DNA of 64,000 bases, from the sequence record OZ346222.1; one strand, given 5' to 3'. The notes under the pieces were generated by a model. The model made no database searches. It saw only the letters and a program-made list of their open reading frames with translations, and was not told the origin of the DNA. Positions within the stretch are counted from its first letter, which is position 1. Each line of letters starts with the position of its first letter. Positions 17,453 to 27,240 of the stretch are shown piece after piece. Both the position numbers and the translations under genes were made by a program. The stretch is from a phage.

Positions 17453-17889
17453 TCTGCTCTTCCCCCTACCATAAACGGCCCTACCTGGCAAGTGGAATAA
17501 TTGACGAGCCATCAATCCCACACACTGTACAAATATACATGTAAAATAACTATTGCATAACCTTTCATTGTGTGGTAGCGGTGCTATTTTTTACCTGTTT
17601 TCCTTCCAAAATTGCACGTAATGCAGCTATTGCACAAAATTTAACCTGATGCACATCTCCAATATCCTGTCAACAACTAAAAATCTTTATAAGTCATACA
17701 CTTACACAGCATCGAAAGCGTGTTCTACGCGAAAAATCGAGTATAACTATAGCCGCCAGATCTCAGAATTCACGTACGCACGCCATTCTATAGCCTGCAA
17801 AGTATTTATTCCAACCACAGAATAACGGAATAGTCAATACCTGAATAAAATAATTATTCGTTTAAACTGCATAACATAAATCAGCTCAG

Positions 17890-19410
17890 GTGTCAACATT
17901 TTTCGTAAACAGTCTGAAATTGTCACTGTGAGTTATCATAAACAGAGAAATCTTTAGTCGTATAATGTTTACTGTACGTTACTATACTGACTGGAATCAT
18001 TAGATGACTAATAGAAAGATAAGAAATAATTAACAATACAATTATTTTACCTGTAACAATAAGACAACTATGCAAACGAATGGCATGGCGCGACGGAGTC
18101 GCGACATAATATAAAAGCAGTAACCATCACCCCCGTGATGGTTTGTCTGCAATCTATTAATCAGATCATAGTTGCCTTGTATTCAGTTAATCATGACATA
18201 ATAAGCAAGGCAACTATAGATCTGCTAATAGTTGCCCTGCTTTTATATTATGTCATATATTATTAACTTGTTAATTGTTAACTTGCTAATTGTTTTCATG
18301 CAAACGAATGTCATGGCTTATCCTATCTGTGTAAACAGTTAAGGTGTAAACTATCCAGGCGTAAACAGTCTATGCGGGAACAATCTATACGTGAACAGTG
18401 AAACATGAAATAATAACAGTCGTTATTGTGTCGAAAGTGTATAAGGTGTCAGACAAGTTTTTCTCCTCTTTGTCAAGTGCTGCATGAAAAATTTACAAGC
18501 TTGTATGGTAGCATTTTTGCGGCCCTGTTTACATTCAGCGATGTATGTATAATCCTTGTTGTGTGGGCGTTTAGACGTCTAGACGGTCAGAAGTCTGCAG
18601 GTTAATACCTAATCTATCGGCTGCTAACTATATCCCACACAAATAGTAAGAAATATAATTGTTATGTGCGTAAACAGTAACTCATGTTATCAATCCCTGT
18701 ATGTATCGCCAGTGGTGCGCATAATGGGTATTATGTTAAATTGCCCGTAATGATAACTATTCTCACAATGATAGGTATTCTCATTCACTCCCACAAGATA
18801 GGTTGCAAATGTTGTGCCACTGTGTGAACGGCCTAACCTATTAATTTGCCTCACTGCCTCGATATTTGAGAATTGTTATAAGAATGAGAAGTATTCCCAT
18901 TTCGTCCGCCTGGCAGCACTCCAGTCGCTACCGCTCATGACAGGGCAGAACTAGACCCTCTTCAGATATTTCTGGCTGACTCTTCAGGTCTGTGTGGGAA
19001 AAGCCAACCTCTCCGGCGGCGGGGAGGGGGTCAATTAAAAAAAATTACGTGGTGCATGAAGCGCTCTTCAGGTAAGGCATGTGTTATGGGATGAAACCCT
19101 CTTCAGGCAATGATATTTGTGGGTGTGATATTTGCTGGAAAGCCAGATATGACGGGACTCCTGGCGGGGCAGGGGTAGTACAGACAGGGAAAATATGGGG
19201 GATGTAGTTGGGGAAATTGATCAGACAGGTAGAGTATGGAATATGTTACAAGTATGTTAAATAGGGAGGATGAATATCTGCAGGATTTGTGTGTAAAATC
19301 AAAGACTTAAGTGGTGTTGTGGTATTTTCTATAAATAATTCAAGTTTAATAGGTAATATTTGTCTCTATCCACTTTGTGTGGTAAACAGATTCAGATGAA
19401 ATTGGTTTAC
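17890..19410. repeat. iteron field: at least 8 copies of GTAAACAG(T) in both orientations
   Basis: Copies at about 17899, 17969(-), 18332, 18361, 18527(-), 18669, 19381 plus variants GTAAACTA, GTGAACAG; no ORF of 60 aa or more in 17545-19823. Confidence 0.6.
18150..18320. repeat. nested inverted and direct repeats
   Basis: ATAGTTGCCTTG / CAAGGCAACTAT perfect 12-bp inverted repeat, ATGACATAATA / TATTATGTCAT inverted repeat, TAATTGTT direct repeats, flanked by direct repeats ATGCAAACGAATG(G/T)CATGGC at about 18070 and 18298. Confidence 0.7.
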
Positions 19411-19873
19411 AAGTGTATACATAATATACAAATTAAAGATACAAGAAACCCCCCTCCCCCTTCGGCTACCATTCACCTTTTCCTCTGACTGGTACTTAAA
19501 CACTTATTCAGACTCTTCAGGTTATCACCCATATATCATATGGCAGTGACTGGTGTCCTCCGGCCCCTCTTTCGTCACCCGTCCGCTTCGCCATGCTAAT
19601 GCCATAGCCAATGGTTCGGTTGTTCACTCTGTTCACTCAGGTGTATCTCCATACCCCTTCAAACCGAAGAGAACAGAAAACCCGAATTACTCGGTAAAAG
19701 AAAAGAGAAGAACTTAATTTTATCAGGATAGGCAAGAATGTCAAGGCATGACTGCTCACTAAACAAGCAAACAGTCATGTGTGGAAGGTAAGTGATTGTG
19801 GTGGTGGGAAATTTAGTTGAAAGATGTGTTATAGGTGCGCTTCCAGCACTTTGGCCGGGCAGCTAATTGTGTG

Positions 19874-20089
19874 TCAGTCCAGCGGTTCATCCTCTACTTC
19901 ACTGAAATCAATGTTCATGGTCTCCTCCCAACCATCGATCTCAGCACAAGAGTGGAGTTCTTTAGGGTTTACTCCCAAAGCCTCAGCAACAGAGTCTATA
20001 TTTAACACCTCTGGCAGGTATGATTCATCGAATTCAAGGTAAATCAGGCCACGAGTGTTGTCAGCTCCACCAAATATCTCTATCTTCAT
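19874..20089 (-). CDS. hypothetical acidic protein (71 aa)
   Basis: Track ORF; last gene of leftward array. Confidence 0.5.
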   Translation of the reverse strand: MKIEIFGGADNTRGLIYLEFDESYLPEVLNIDSVAEALGVNPKELHSCAEIDGWEETMNIDFSEVEDEPLD

Positions 20090-20210
20090 GAAATCTCCTC
20101 TGGAAATGAGAGTGTGAACAGGGTTTTATACGTTCTAATGCACAGGAATTATACACGTTTGCCTCTTCAGGCCATGCTTTAGCATGAGGAACCTGTGTGG
20201 GCTCGGTGCT

Positions 20211-20423
20211 TCATAGTCTACCACCTCTGAACTCTTCGTGCTCAGGCATAATAGAGAACCAGATATCTACGATGTCCTCCCACGTCAGGTCATCAGCCTC
20301 AGGATCTGTCTGGGACGAAGATGAAGAGTCCTCAGAATCTAAGTTTTCCTCTTTAACTGGCTCATCCAAGGGACATATGGTCACTCCTTCGGATGTCTCT
20401 TCAGATGCATGTGTGTTGATCAT
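20211..20423 (-). CDS. hypothetical acidic protein (70 aa)
   Basis: Track ORF. Confidence 0.5.
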   Translation of the reverse strand: MINTHASEETSEGVTICPLDEPVKEENLDSEDSSSSSQTDPEADDLTWEDIVDIWFSIMPEHEEFRGGRL

Positions 20424-20521
20424 GTTCCCCCCGTGAGTATTCCGGCAACAGCCGCTATGGAAGTAATGATCATCAGGATCACCACTAAAACTTCAGACAA
20501 TGTTCTCATTGTGTATTCCAT
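20420..20521 (-). CDS. hypothetical membrane micro-protein (33 aa)
   Basis: Below track cutoff; GGAGAA RBS; stop overlaps ATG of downstream gene (ATGA). Confidence 0.4.
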   Translation of the reverse strand: MEYTMRTLSEVLVVILMIITSIAAVAGILTGGT

Positions 20522-20783
20522 ATTCTCCAAACTGTGTGTGGATACTATCACGGGAGCGGTAATGTGTCAACAGCAACGCCGCGAGGGTTTGGTTAAAATC
20601 CGAGCGTATGGTGATTTGGGTCAAAACGGACGTGCGTTCTCGCTACGCTCGAAAGAGAGACTTGTTTGTAGAAAGCTCTTAAACGCTCTGTAACGAGATT
20701 ATCTGTCCAAGGTATGCAATCGTGCACCAGATAAAGAAAAGGACGCCACAGAGCGTCCTAGGTGTCTTAAATTTGATATTTTG

Positions 20784-21095
20784 CTATACCCATGAGGGCT
20801 TATCAAGGTTGGAGTAGCTGAAAGGTGTCAAAAGGTGACTGTCAAAATCCCTCAAACTATCCAAATCTTTTTCCTCGTCCTGACACCATCTGTGCCTACA
20901 TTTATTGTTGTAGTGCATAGAATGCATAGCGTTCTGCAACTTAACAGGTACAAGTGATTCAGGAGTAGATAGTATTGTTGGGTATGCCAGAATCACCTCA
21001 AACAGTGGAAACACATCGAAACTAAAGTCTATCTCTGCAGAGGTTGATGGCATATAGGAGTATTTAGCCGCCTTTGTAGACATAATCCACCTCAC
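20784..21095 (-). CDS. hypothetical protein (103 aa)
   Basis: Track ORF in leftward array. Confidence 0.5.
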   Translation of the reverse strand: MRWIMSTKAAKYSYMPSTSAEIDFSFDVFPLFEVILAYPTILSTPESLVPVKLQNAMHSMHYNNKCRHRWCQDEEKDLDSLRDFDSHLLTPFSYSNLDKPSWV

Positions 21096-21209
21096 ACAGG
21101 TTTGATAATACCTTTACCGAATAATTCTTCGTATCTAATCTTATCCGGATCCCACTCTTGGATAATTTCGAAGACAATATCCAACCCAGGGATAATCACT
21201 TCTCCAGTG

Positions 21210-21419
21210 TCAAGTTTGGCAAGAACAAAACCAGAAGGCTGAATGGTTTCCCAGTTGTGCTTCATTGGAATAGAAGACCTCGAAAATATCGCCGACCTTT
21301 ATCTGTTGATCAAGATGTTCAAGATTCTCTTTCATATAGACGCAGCGGATTTTTCGTGCAGGCCAGAGACCACCTGCATCACGTTCATTTAGCTCTTTTA
21401 CAGTAATCGGTATACCCAT
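21210..21419 (-). CDS. hypothetical protein (69 aa)
   Basis: Track ORF in leftward array. Confidence 0.5.
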   Translation of the reverse strand: MGIPITVKELNERDAGGLWPARKIRCVYMKENLEHLDQQIKVGDIFEVFYSNEAQLGNHSAFWFCSCQT

Positions 21420-21436
21420 CTCAAATCTCCTTCATA

Positions 21437-21468
21437 GATAGTAAAAAGAGGGGCCCAAGCCCCCCTCT
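21437..21468 (-). terminator. intrinsic terminator (hairpin symmetric, may act on both strands)
   Basis: AGAGGGGGGCTTGGGCCCCTCTT flanked by T-runs on the minus strand. Confidence 0.5.
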
Positions 21469-21474
21469 TTGTCA

Positions 21475-21780
21475 TTATTCTACAGAGCGTTTGAACAGAA
21501 TGTCTGCCTCAGACATGTGCTCAACCTCTTCTTCGATTTTAGCGCGACGTTTTTCAGCCTCATAGCGAATATCGAACTCGGTAGCCACCAGAGATTTGAT
21601 GAATTTAGGAGAATACAGGTGATCCTGCTTCTCAACGAGAATGATATCCTTAATGGCATCTTTCAGATCTTTAATCTGAAGTTGGAGTTCTACCAGTTCT
21701 TCGATTGTTTTGCGAAGGCGATCACGCTCTGCAGTGTCAGAAGGAAGAGAGGTGAACAGTTCAACTTTAGATTTAGCCAT
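21475..21780 (-). CDS. hypothetical coiled-coil protein (101 aa)
   Basis: Track ORF. Confidence 0.55.
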   Translation of the reverse strand: MAKSKVELFTSLPSDTAERDRLRKTIEELVELQLQIKDLKDAIKDIILVEKQDHLYSPKFIKSLVATEFDIRYEAEKRRAKIEEEVEHMSEADILFKRSVE

Positions 21781-21808
21781 AGTAAGAGTCTCCTTATGTT
21801 GTTTTAAA

Positions 21809-22126
21809 TTAACGTTCTACAAAAATACCGTTCAGTTCAATAACCAGGAATTTCTGGTCTTCACTATCGTCTCGTGCCAGCACCTCACAGACGTATCGGT
21901 CATCCCCATCATCATCGCAGTCAAATACAAGACTGAGGACTTTATCATGGTAAACCTTCGCCACTACCGCCTCGTAAGTATTGCCGATTGTGAATCCAAG
22001 ATAATCTCCGATGCATTTGACAACAACATGGTCTCCAGCATTTAAGTCAATCTTCGTCATTACTGCGCTCCTTGGGTAATAATACTGTATGTAAAACTTT
22101 AACCAGAGATGTGAATAACGCCCCAA
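21809..22126 (-). CDS. hypothetical protein (105 aa)
   Basis: Track ORF. Confidence 0.55.
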   Translation of the reverse strand: MGRYSHLWLKFYIQYYYPRSAVMTKIDLNAGDHVVVKCIGDYLGFTIGNTYEAVVAKVYHDKVLSLVFDCDDDGDDRYVCEVLARDDSEDQKFLVIELNGIFVER

Positions 22127-22215
22127 AACACACCGATAGCGCTAAAACAGACAAGGCCATCATTAAAGCTTCAGTAAAATCAGTCATTCCTCACCTCTTG
22201 TTAGTCACTGTACTA

Positions 22216-22479
22216 TCATTTATCCTTGTCGTCAAGAACTTTTTTAAATCTTTCAGGGATATCTCCCGTTCTTAGATAGTTCATGACCTCGCAAGGTTCC
22301 CACTTGAATTTCTTACAGAGCAGGGCGGCTGAGATTGTTTCATTGCGAAAAGAAAGGATATTAATATCCCACTCTGAGAACCCCAACTTCCGAAGGGTAG
22401 CTACAGAAATCCTCACCGCAACCCAGCAGCAAAAACATGCAACAAACGCCACTGCTACAACCCACATCAGGATGTTCAT
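22216..22479 (-). CDS. membrane protein (87 aa)
   Basis: Track ORF; N-terminal TM helix. Confidence 0.5.
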   Translation of the reverse strand: MNILMWVVAVAFVACFCCWVAVRISVATLRKLGFSEWDINILSFRNETISAALLCKKFKWEPCEVMNYLRTGDIPERFKKVLDDKDK

Positions 22480-22568
22480 ATAAGCACCTTACTGAAATAC
22501 AAGACACAGTGTTAAGGTTACTGACCAGCAAATAATTAACAGTGCCGTTGCAACCTTTGCAAGATTTA

Positions 22569-22856
22569 TCATAGTGCCTCTAAGATTTCATATCCTTCGG
22601 GTCGGAATACAAGCCACTCCGTGGCTCCGTTTGGTCGATACGCTTTATACAGAACAACCTGGTCTCGGCACATGCACATGGCTACATAGTTTTCATCCAC
22701 ACCTGCAGCCTGCATTGCATCTTCTTCTCCGGCAACTGCTTTGCTTACAACTTCCTTGGTAGGCAGGTGTGCGATCAGCTCGTCACCATCATTAATTCCA
22801 AAATGGCTGAGTTCGCCGTTGGTATCTTTAATCTTAATCTTAACCAGATCTTTCAT
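22569..22856 (-). CDS. small acidic protein, paralog family B (95 aa)
   Basis: Track ORF; MK start and C-terminal YE(I/V)(V/L) motif shared with neighbours. Confidence 0.55.
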   Translation of the reverse strand: MKDLVKIKIKDTNGELSHFGINDGDELIAHLPTKEVVSKAVAGEEDAMQAAGVDENYVAMCMCRDQVVLYKAYRPNGATEWLVFRPEGYEILEAL

Positions 22857-23185
22857 TAGTCTTCCCCCAGGTTCAAAGGTCCTAAGATTTCATATGCCAG
22901 ATTAGAAGTTACAAGAGGGTCTTCTGCGTCTTTAGTATTATACCACCCGTGAATAACCAGAGTCCCACTTTGTTTCATGTCCAACTGGAACTCTTCTGCC
23001 GTTTCCTCATCCAGCTCCAAGATTTCCATAAGGTATTTGATGTTAGGGAGGTATGCAGCTGTTACAGTCCCCTCTACCAGACCTTCAGGCCAACCTACAT
23101 CTGGATGACAAGTAGGAACCAGGTTGGTCAGCTTAATGGTGTACGCTTTTTCTGCACGAGCCTTCAGTAACGGGTCAATCTTCAT
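22856..23185 (-). CDS. small acidic protein, paralog family B (109 aa)
   Basis: Track ORF; start/stop overlap with neighbours. Confidence 0.55.
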   Translation of the reverse strand: MKIDPLLKARAEKAYTIKLTNLVPTCHPDVGWPEGLVEGTVTAAYLPNIKYLMEILELDEETAEEFQLDMKQSGTLVIHGWYNTKDAEDPLVTSNLAYEILGPLNLGED

Positions 23186-23535
23186 TATTCGTCCTCCTCT
23201 TCGGTACCTGCTTCCAGTAATAAGTTAAGAATATCTTCTGCACAAGGTTCATAGAACTCTTGGCCTTCATTATCGATGATTTTGTAGTCATCTCCACGAA
23301 TAATCAGGGGATCACTATCAAAATTATCGAGACCTTTAACAACGACAACACGATCGATTGCCATCATTGTAAGAACTTTATCGACATCTTCCTCTGCTAC
23401 ACCATACTGCAGCAGAATGTCTTTGGTAGGAGGAACAGCATCCACCACAACGCCGTTACCAAAACCTTCTGGAAGTTTAGCTAAAATATCTTCCGGAACC
23501 ACATTCACATCAAAACCGGTAATTTCTACTTTCAT
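23185..23535 (-). CDS. small acidic protein, paralog family B (116 aa)
   Basis: Track ORF; MKVEITG start, acidic tail. Confidence 0.55.
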   Translation of the reverse strand: MKVEITGFDVNVVPEDILAKLPEGFGNGVVVDAVPPTKDILLQYGVAEEDVDKVLTMMAIDRVVVVKGLDNFDSDPLIIRGDDYKIIDNEGQEFYEPCAEDILNLLLEAGTEEEDE

Positions 23536-23796
23536 TTACAGCACCTCTTCGTCAACTACTTCATAAAAATGGCCTGGGATTGCAATAGCGTTCTCACCTT
23601 CACCTACAAACACAGTTCCGTCAAGAATCAACATCATAAGAATTTCTGTAATATCCTCTTCCGGAACGTTGCCAAAACCTTTAATCAGCTCGTAGGTTGG
23701 AATATTTACCTCTAAGATGTCACCATCTTTAGAACGGAAATCAACACCGTCCTGAATCTCTGCCGTTTCAAGGTTTTTCAATTTAATCTTCATCAA
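23536..23796 (-). CDS. small acidic protein, paralog family B (86 aa)
   Basis: Track ORF; ends FYEVVDEEVL. Confidence 0.55.
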   Translation of the reverse strand: MMKIKLKNLETAEIQDGVDFRSKDGDILEVNIPTYELIKGFGNVPEEDITEILMMLILDGTVFVGEGENAIAIPGHFYEVVDEEVL

Positions 23797-23872
23797 TCGG
23801 TCCCCTGTCTTGTTAAGATGAAGGTATTATTTCACACAGGGTTGGCGTTGTCAACACCTGTGTGCAAGAAAA

Positions 23873-24268
23873 TTACTGAAACAGTGCGGATAAATTACCT
23901 TCTGGTGGGAACTTATCTGCCAAAAACGGTGTTAGCACAGTAGCCTTCTGAAGATCTGGGGTCCACTCGTTGTTCAGAACATCCCAGTAGTACGCAATGT
24001 TGCTGTGTGGGTGCCGCATTACGAACTTTTTCCCTTCGTAGTCATCTGAAACCTCTACAGAAGAAATAACAACAGAATCTTCAAGGGTTTCTTCATAGAA
24101 AGATCCACCTTCAAATTTCCAACGAGATGCAAGAGCCCCTGCCTTGAACGCTGCAGATAACGGACTGTCGGCAAGAACATACATTTCTTGCACTCTGTCG
24201 CTGCGATCTTTGCTTCTTACGTTGTATACAGTATCTGAGCTATACTCAACACGGTATAGTCTTACCAT
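23873..24268 (-). CDS. hypothetical protein, paralog family C (131 aa)
   Basis: Track ORF; shares HP...YW...W(T)P motif with 26074..26472. Confidence 0.55.
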   Translation of the reverse strand: MVRLYRVEYSSDTVYNVRSKDRSDRVQEMYVLADSPLSAAFKAGALASRWKFEGGSFYEETLEDSVVISSVEVSDDYEGKKFVMRHPHSNIAYYWDVLNNEWTPDLQKATVLTPFLADKFPPEGNLSALFQ

Positions 24269-24627
24269 TACCGCACCTCCTCAATAACTTCCACATCTGA
24301 ACCCACCACAAATGCAAAAGGACAGGTTTCATGAAAGACATCCGGATCTCCGCCAAGCTTGCTAACAATTTCTCCACCACTAATAAACACAAGCTCACCG
24401 ATATTCATCAGATTGCTGAAATAGTATCCATAATGATTAAAGAATGCAGCAGGGTCAGGTAGACTAGTAGCCTCAAGTTCTACATCGGTTGAGATTACTT
24501 TCTTATCATAACCTCTCGCCTTCTGAGATGCAAGATCCGCAGAATCTTCAGGCGACCTGAGATGCACAGGAATTGTTTCACCAATAAAGCGTACTTTCAT
24601 ATTATCACCCAACAACCATAGCTTCAA
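24268..24627 (-). CDS. small acidic protein, paralog family A-like (119 aa)
   Basis: Track ORF; internal MKVRFIGE may be the true start; ends VEVIEEVR. Confidence 0.5.
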   Translation of the reverse strand: MKLWLLGDNMKVRFIGETIPVHLRSPEDSADLASQKARGYDKKVISTDVELEATSLPDPAAFFNHYGYYFSNLMNIGELVFISGGEIVSKLGGDPDVFHETCPFAFVVGSDVEVIEEVR

Positions 24628-24868
24628 AAGGGGTCATGAACGAATAAACGGCATCATCATCTGCTTCAGGGAATGCTCCCAAAGACTTCATGTCTGAGCC
24701 CTTGACAAATACAAGGTTTTGATCAAAAGCTTCTTGGGGATCAATCCGATACATATTTCGTAGAATATCGCTTACCTCCTCATCAAGAGGTGAGTATGCT
24801 GTGCACGTTTTTCCGATCAAGCTTTGAGAATCAGGGTATCCACCTGAAGTTTTAAAATAAACAATCAT
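24605..24868 (-). CDS. hypothetical protein (87 aa)
   Basis: Track ORF. Confidence 0.5.
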   Translation of the reverse strand: MIVYFKTSGGYPDSQSLIGKTCTAYSPLDEEVSDILRNMYRIDPQEAFDQNLVFVKGSDMKSLGAFPEADDDAVYSFMTPFEAMVVG

Positions 24869-24958
24869 ATAGTATCACCTCTGGTAAGAGATGGGATTCC
24901 TTTCCCACAAATAATTACAAACCTTCCTTATCGAGGAAGTATGCTAATCCAAGCAGGA

Positions 24959-25228
24959 TTATTCCTCTACAATCTCATACACATCAGGAGTTACAATCAA
25001 CTCTTCTCCGTTACCCGGTGCAATAAACACCACCAAACCTTCAGGTGTGTGCTTTTTAGCCATCTCGATAACATCTTCCCGCAGGGCTGGCTCCATCAGA
25101 TCAAAACCTTCACCCAGGGCATCACGAACCACCTTCATATAGTCCACTGGTTGTGCTTCAACAATCATGCCTTCAACCAGACCACAATTTTTGTCTGCCA
25201 GCTCAGTTTTGAATAATTTAATTTTCAT
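24959..25228 (-). CDS. small acidic protein, paralog family B (89 aa)
   Basis: Track ORF; MKIKLFK start, ends VYEIVEE. Confidence 0.55.
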   Translation of the reverse strand: MKIKLFKTELADKNCGLVEGMIVEAQPVDYMKVVRDALGEGFDLMEPALREDVIEMAKKHTPEGLVVFIAPGNGEELIVTPDVYEIVEE

Positions 25229-25261
25229 TTAGAGGTCTCCTCAATTATTTGATATTAATAG

Positions 25262-25363
25262 CCGTAACCTAACACATTAACTACAACTGCGATTGCAAAC
25301 ATAATTTCAAAGCATGCAATCTCTACATTTGGGACTAATTTCTTGATCACACCCATTGTAGCA
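25262..25363 (-). CDS. hypothetical hydrophobic micro-protein (33 aa)
   Basis: Below track cutoff; GAGGTG RBS 6 nt before ATG. Confidence 0.3.
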
Positions 25364-25365
25364 CC

Positions 25366-25683
25366 TCATTCTCTAAAGTCAATCTTTACTTTGCCTTTCC
25401 CCTTACCTTTCTTTCCACCGCATTTAGCCAGTTGACGTGCTGCAACATCTACCATACGGTCAGTTGCCTCGTAAGCATCACTGCCTTTAGCTTTGGCAAT
25501 AACTTCTTTTCCAGAATTGTCAAAAATGAACGCCATAACTTCCTGGTGATCATTTTCAACTTTTACACTCACACGTGCATAGTTGGCAGAGGGATGCAAA
25601 CGCTCCAGCTTAGACATTTTGTGGGAAATGAAAGACACCATACCTTCAGTGATTTCTACGTTGCCAGTGATTTCAATTTGCAT
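25366..25683 (-). CDS. hpf: ribosome hibernation promoting factor / RaiA-like protein
   Basis: Track ORF; MQIEITGNVEITEGM...KLERL...SVKVEN...AKAKGSDAYEATDRMVDVAARQLAK follows the bacterial HPF/YfiA pattern. Confidence 0.8.
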   Translation of the reverse strand: MQIEITGNVEITEGMVSFISHKMSKLERLHPSANYARVSVKVENDHQEVMAFIFDNSGKEVIAKAKGSDAYEATDRMVDVAARQLAKCGGKKGKGKGKVKIDFRE

Positions 25684-25765
25684 AACGTGTTCCTTTTAAA
25701 GAAGAGGGAACCAAACCCTCTTTGAAAACAATGATACTAAATCTGAAGCGTTGTGTCAACAGTTT

Positions 25766-26056
25766 TTACAGATTGTTGTCGATAGTTTTTAAAATATCCA
25801 CAGCAAGATCTGCCATTTTTCGAACATACTCTGCAAACTCAACAGGATCCTTGATCAAAGAATTCACAGGGTCGTACCCTAGAGCGTTCAAAATGGCTGC
25901 AGCATCTACAACCTTCTCATCATTTGCGAAGATCTCTCCATCAAACTTGTAGGTCCATTTTGAGTCAATCTTGGCAGGGAATGATTGGTCAACGCTTGTT
26001 ACACCATCCTTTTTAAACGCTCCGGTGTTATCAGTGTCTAGAACTAAATCCATCAT
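25766..26056 (-). CDS. hypothetical protein (96 aa)
   Basis: Track ORF. Confidence 0.5.
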   Translation of the reverse strand: MMDLVLDTDNTGAFKKDGVTSVDQSFPAKIDSKWTYKFDGEIFANDEKVVDAAAILNALGYDPVNSLIKDPVEFAEYVRKMADLAVDILKTIDNNL

Positions 26057-26073
26057 GTTAGTACCTCACCGTT

Positions 26074-26472
26074 TCAGTTTAGCTTTTCTTCAACAACCCC
26101 ATAGCTCGGGACAGAGTCAAGAGCTTTCTGGTTTAAAAGTGGTGTAGCAGAATCTGCAAACGGTGTCCAAGTTTTTGTTCTGGCGTTCCAGTAATGCTTC
26201 ACTCTGGAATCTGGATGCACTATAACAAAAACTTTTTCACTTGTCAACACATTAATTTCTTCCACACCCCTGCTGATAATTTCTCCGTCATATCCCCCGG
26301 TCTGGTATCCTTCGTACCAGGTTCTTGCATAGGCATAGCCAGCCTGCCAGCATGCAGCCTCCTCCGAGGTGGAGACTACGTAGAAGTCTTTCTCAAATTC
26401 TGGGATACGCCCTTGCTTTACGCTCCAAGCTCCGCGAATTTTCATTGTAACTTTGAATAGTTTATTTTTCAC
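26074..26472 (-). CDS. hypothetical protein, paralog family C (132 aa)
   Basis: Track ORF; paralog of 23873..24268. Confidence 0.55.
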   Translation of the reverse strand: MKNKLFKVTMKIRGAWSVKQGRIPEFEKDFYVVSTSEEAACWQAGYAYARTWYEGYQTGGYDGEIISRGVEEINVLTSEKVFVIVHPDSRVKHYWNARTKTWTPFADSATPLLNQKALDSVPSYGVVEEKLN

Positions 26473-26484
26473 AACGGTTACCCA

Positions 26485-26739
26485 TCACAGTTCTACAATA
26501 TCTGCATCTGACCCTGCCCCAAAGGCATAATAGGACTCTTCCCCGAAATAATATTCCGGTGCACCAGCAGCGATCAGGTCTGATCCCAAAATGAATACCA
26601 CGTTGTGGCCTACATAGCTGTGATTTTGCCGCACAGGATCATCCCACGGCAACCCTTCGAAGTATACCGCAGGGACGACCTTTCCTTTCAGGAAGGATTG
26701 CCCCAAGTAGACGTTAGAATCAAGAATTTTAACCTTCAT
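26485..26739 (-). CDS. small protein, paralog family A (84 aa)
   Basis: Track ORF; MKVKILD...GK(V)...LIAAGA motif. Confidence 0.55.
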   Translation of the reverse strand: MKVKILDSNVYLGQSFLKGKVVPAVYFEGLPWDDPVRQNHSYVGHNVVFILGSDLIAAGAPEYYFGEESYYAFGAGSDADIVEL

Positions 26740-26956
26740 GATCGTCCTCCACTATCTCTACATCCTCACCTAGGGCAAAGTTGTAGGTCCACTGACTGTC
26801 AAAGCATTCCTGAGATGCACCAGCGGCAATAAGATCTGCCCCTTTTATTTTTAAAAGGTCAGGGTAATCTTCGTTAGGGACAGCAGTAAACACTTTCCCT
26901 ACTAAAGGCTCCTGACCAATATAGAAGCTTGAATCTAAAACTTTAACTTTCATCAA
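26729..26956 (-). CDS. small acidic protein, paralog family A (75 aa)
   Basis: Track ORF; MKVKVLD...DLIAAGA; ends VEIVEDDHEG. Confidence 0.55.
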   Translation of the reverse strand: MMKVKVLDSSFYIGQEPLVGKVFTAVPNEDYPDLLKIKGADLIAAGASQECFDSQWTYNFALGEDVEIVEDDHEG

Positions 26957-27240
26957 CGGTCTCCATCAGGTGGTTGTGGGACGTAAACACTGTTACGAAT
27001 ATCGTCCGCAGTATAGTAATAAGTGTCTCCAACCCTATCTCTGGCTGCAATGTACTCTGCTATACCAATAAGTGCCATTGATTTGGTGGCGTATCTTCCC
27101 CACTCGTTAGCTCCCCAGTAGAATTTAGACCAGTAGGGAATAATACCGAACAAATATACCTTTTGACGAACTTCCCAGTAAGTGCCTTTTCCGACAAGTT
27201 TAAACTCTACTTCACTACTGTTAATCTTTTTCATTATCAA
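26953..27240 (-). CDS. hypothetical protein (95 aa)
   Basis: Track ORF; ATGA coupling. Confidence 0.5.
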   Translation of the reverse strand: MIMKKINSSEVEFKLVGKGTYWEVRQKVYLFGIIPYWSKFYWGANEWGRYATKSMALIGIAEYIAARDRVGDTYYYTADDIRNSVYVPQPPDGDR

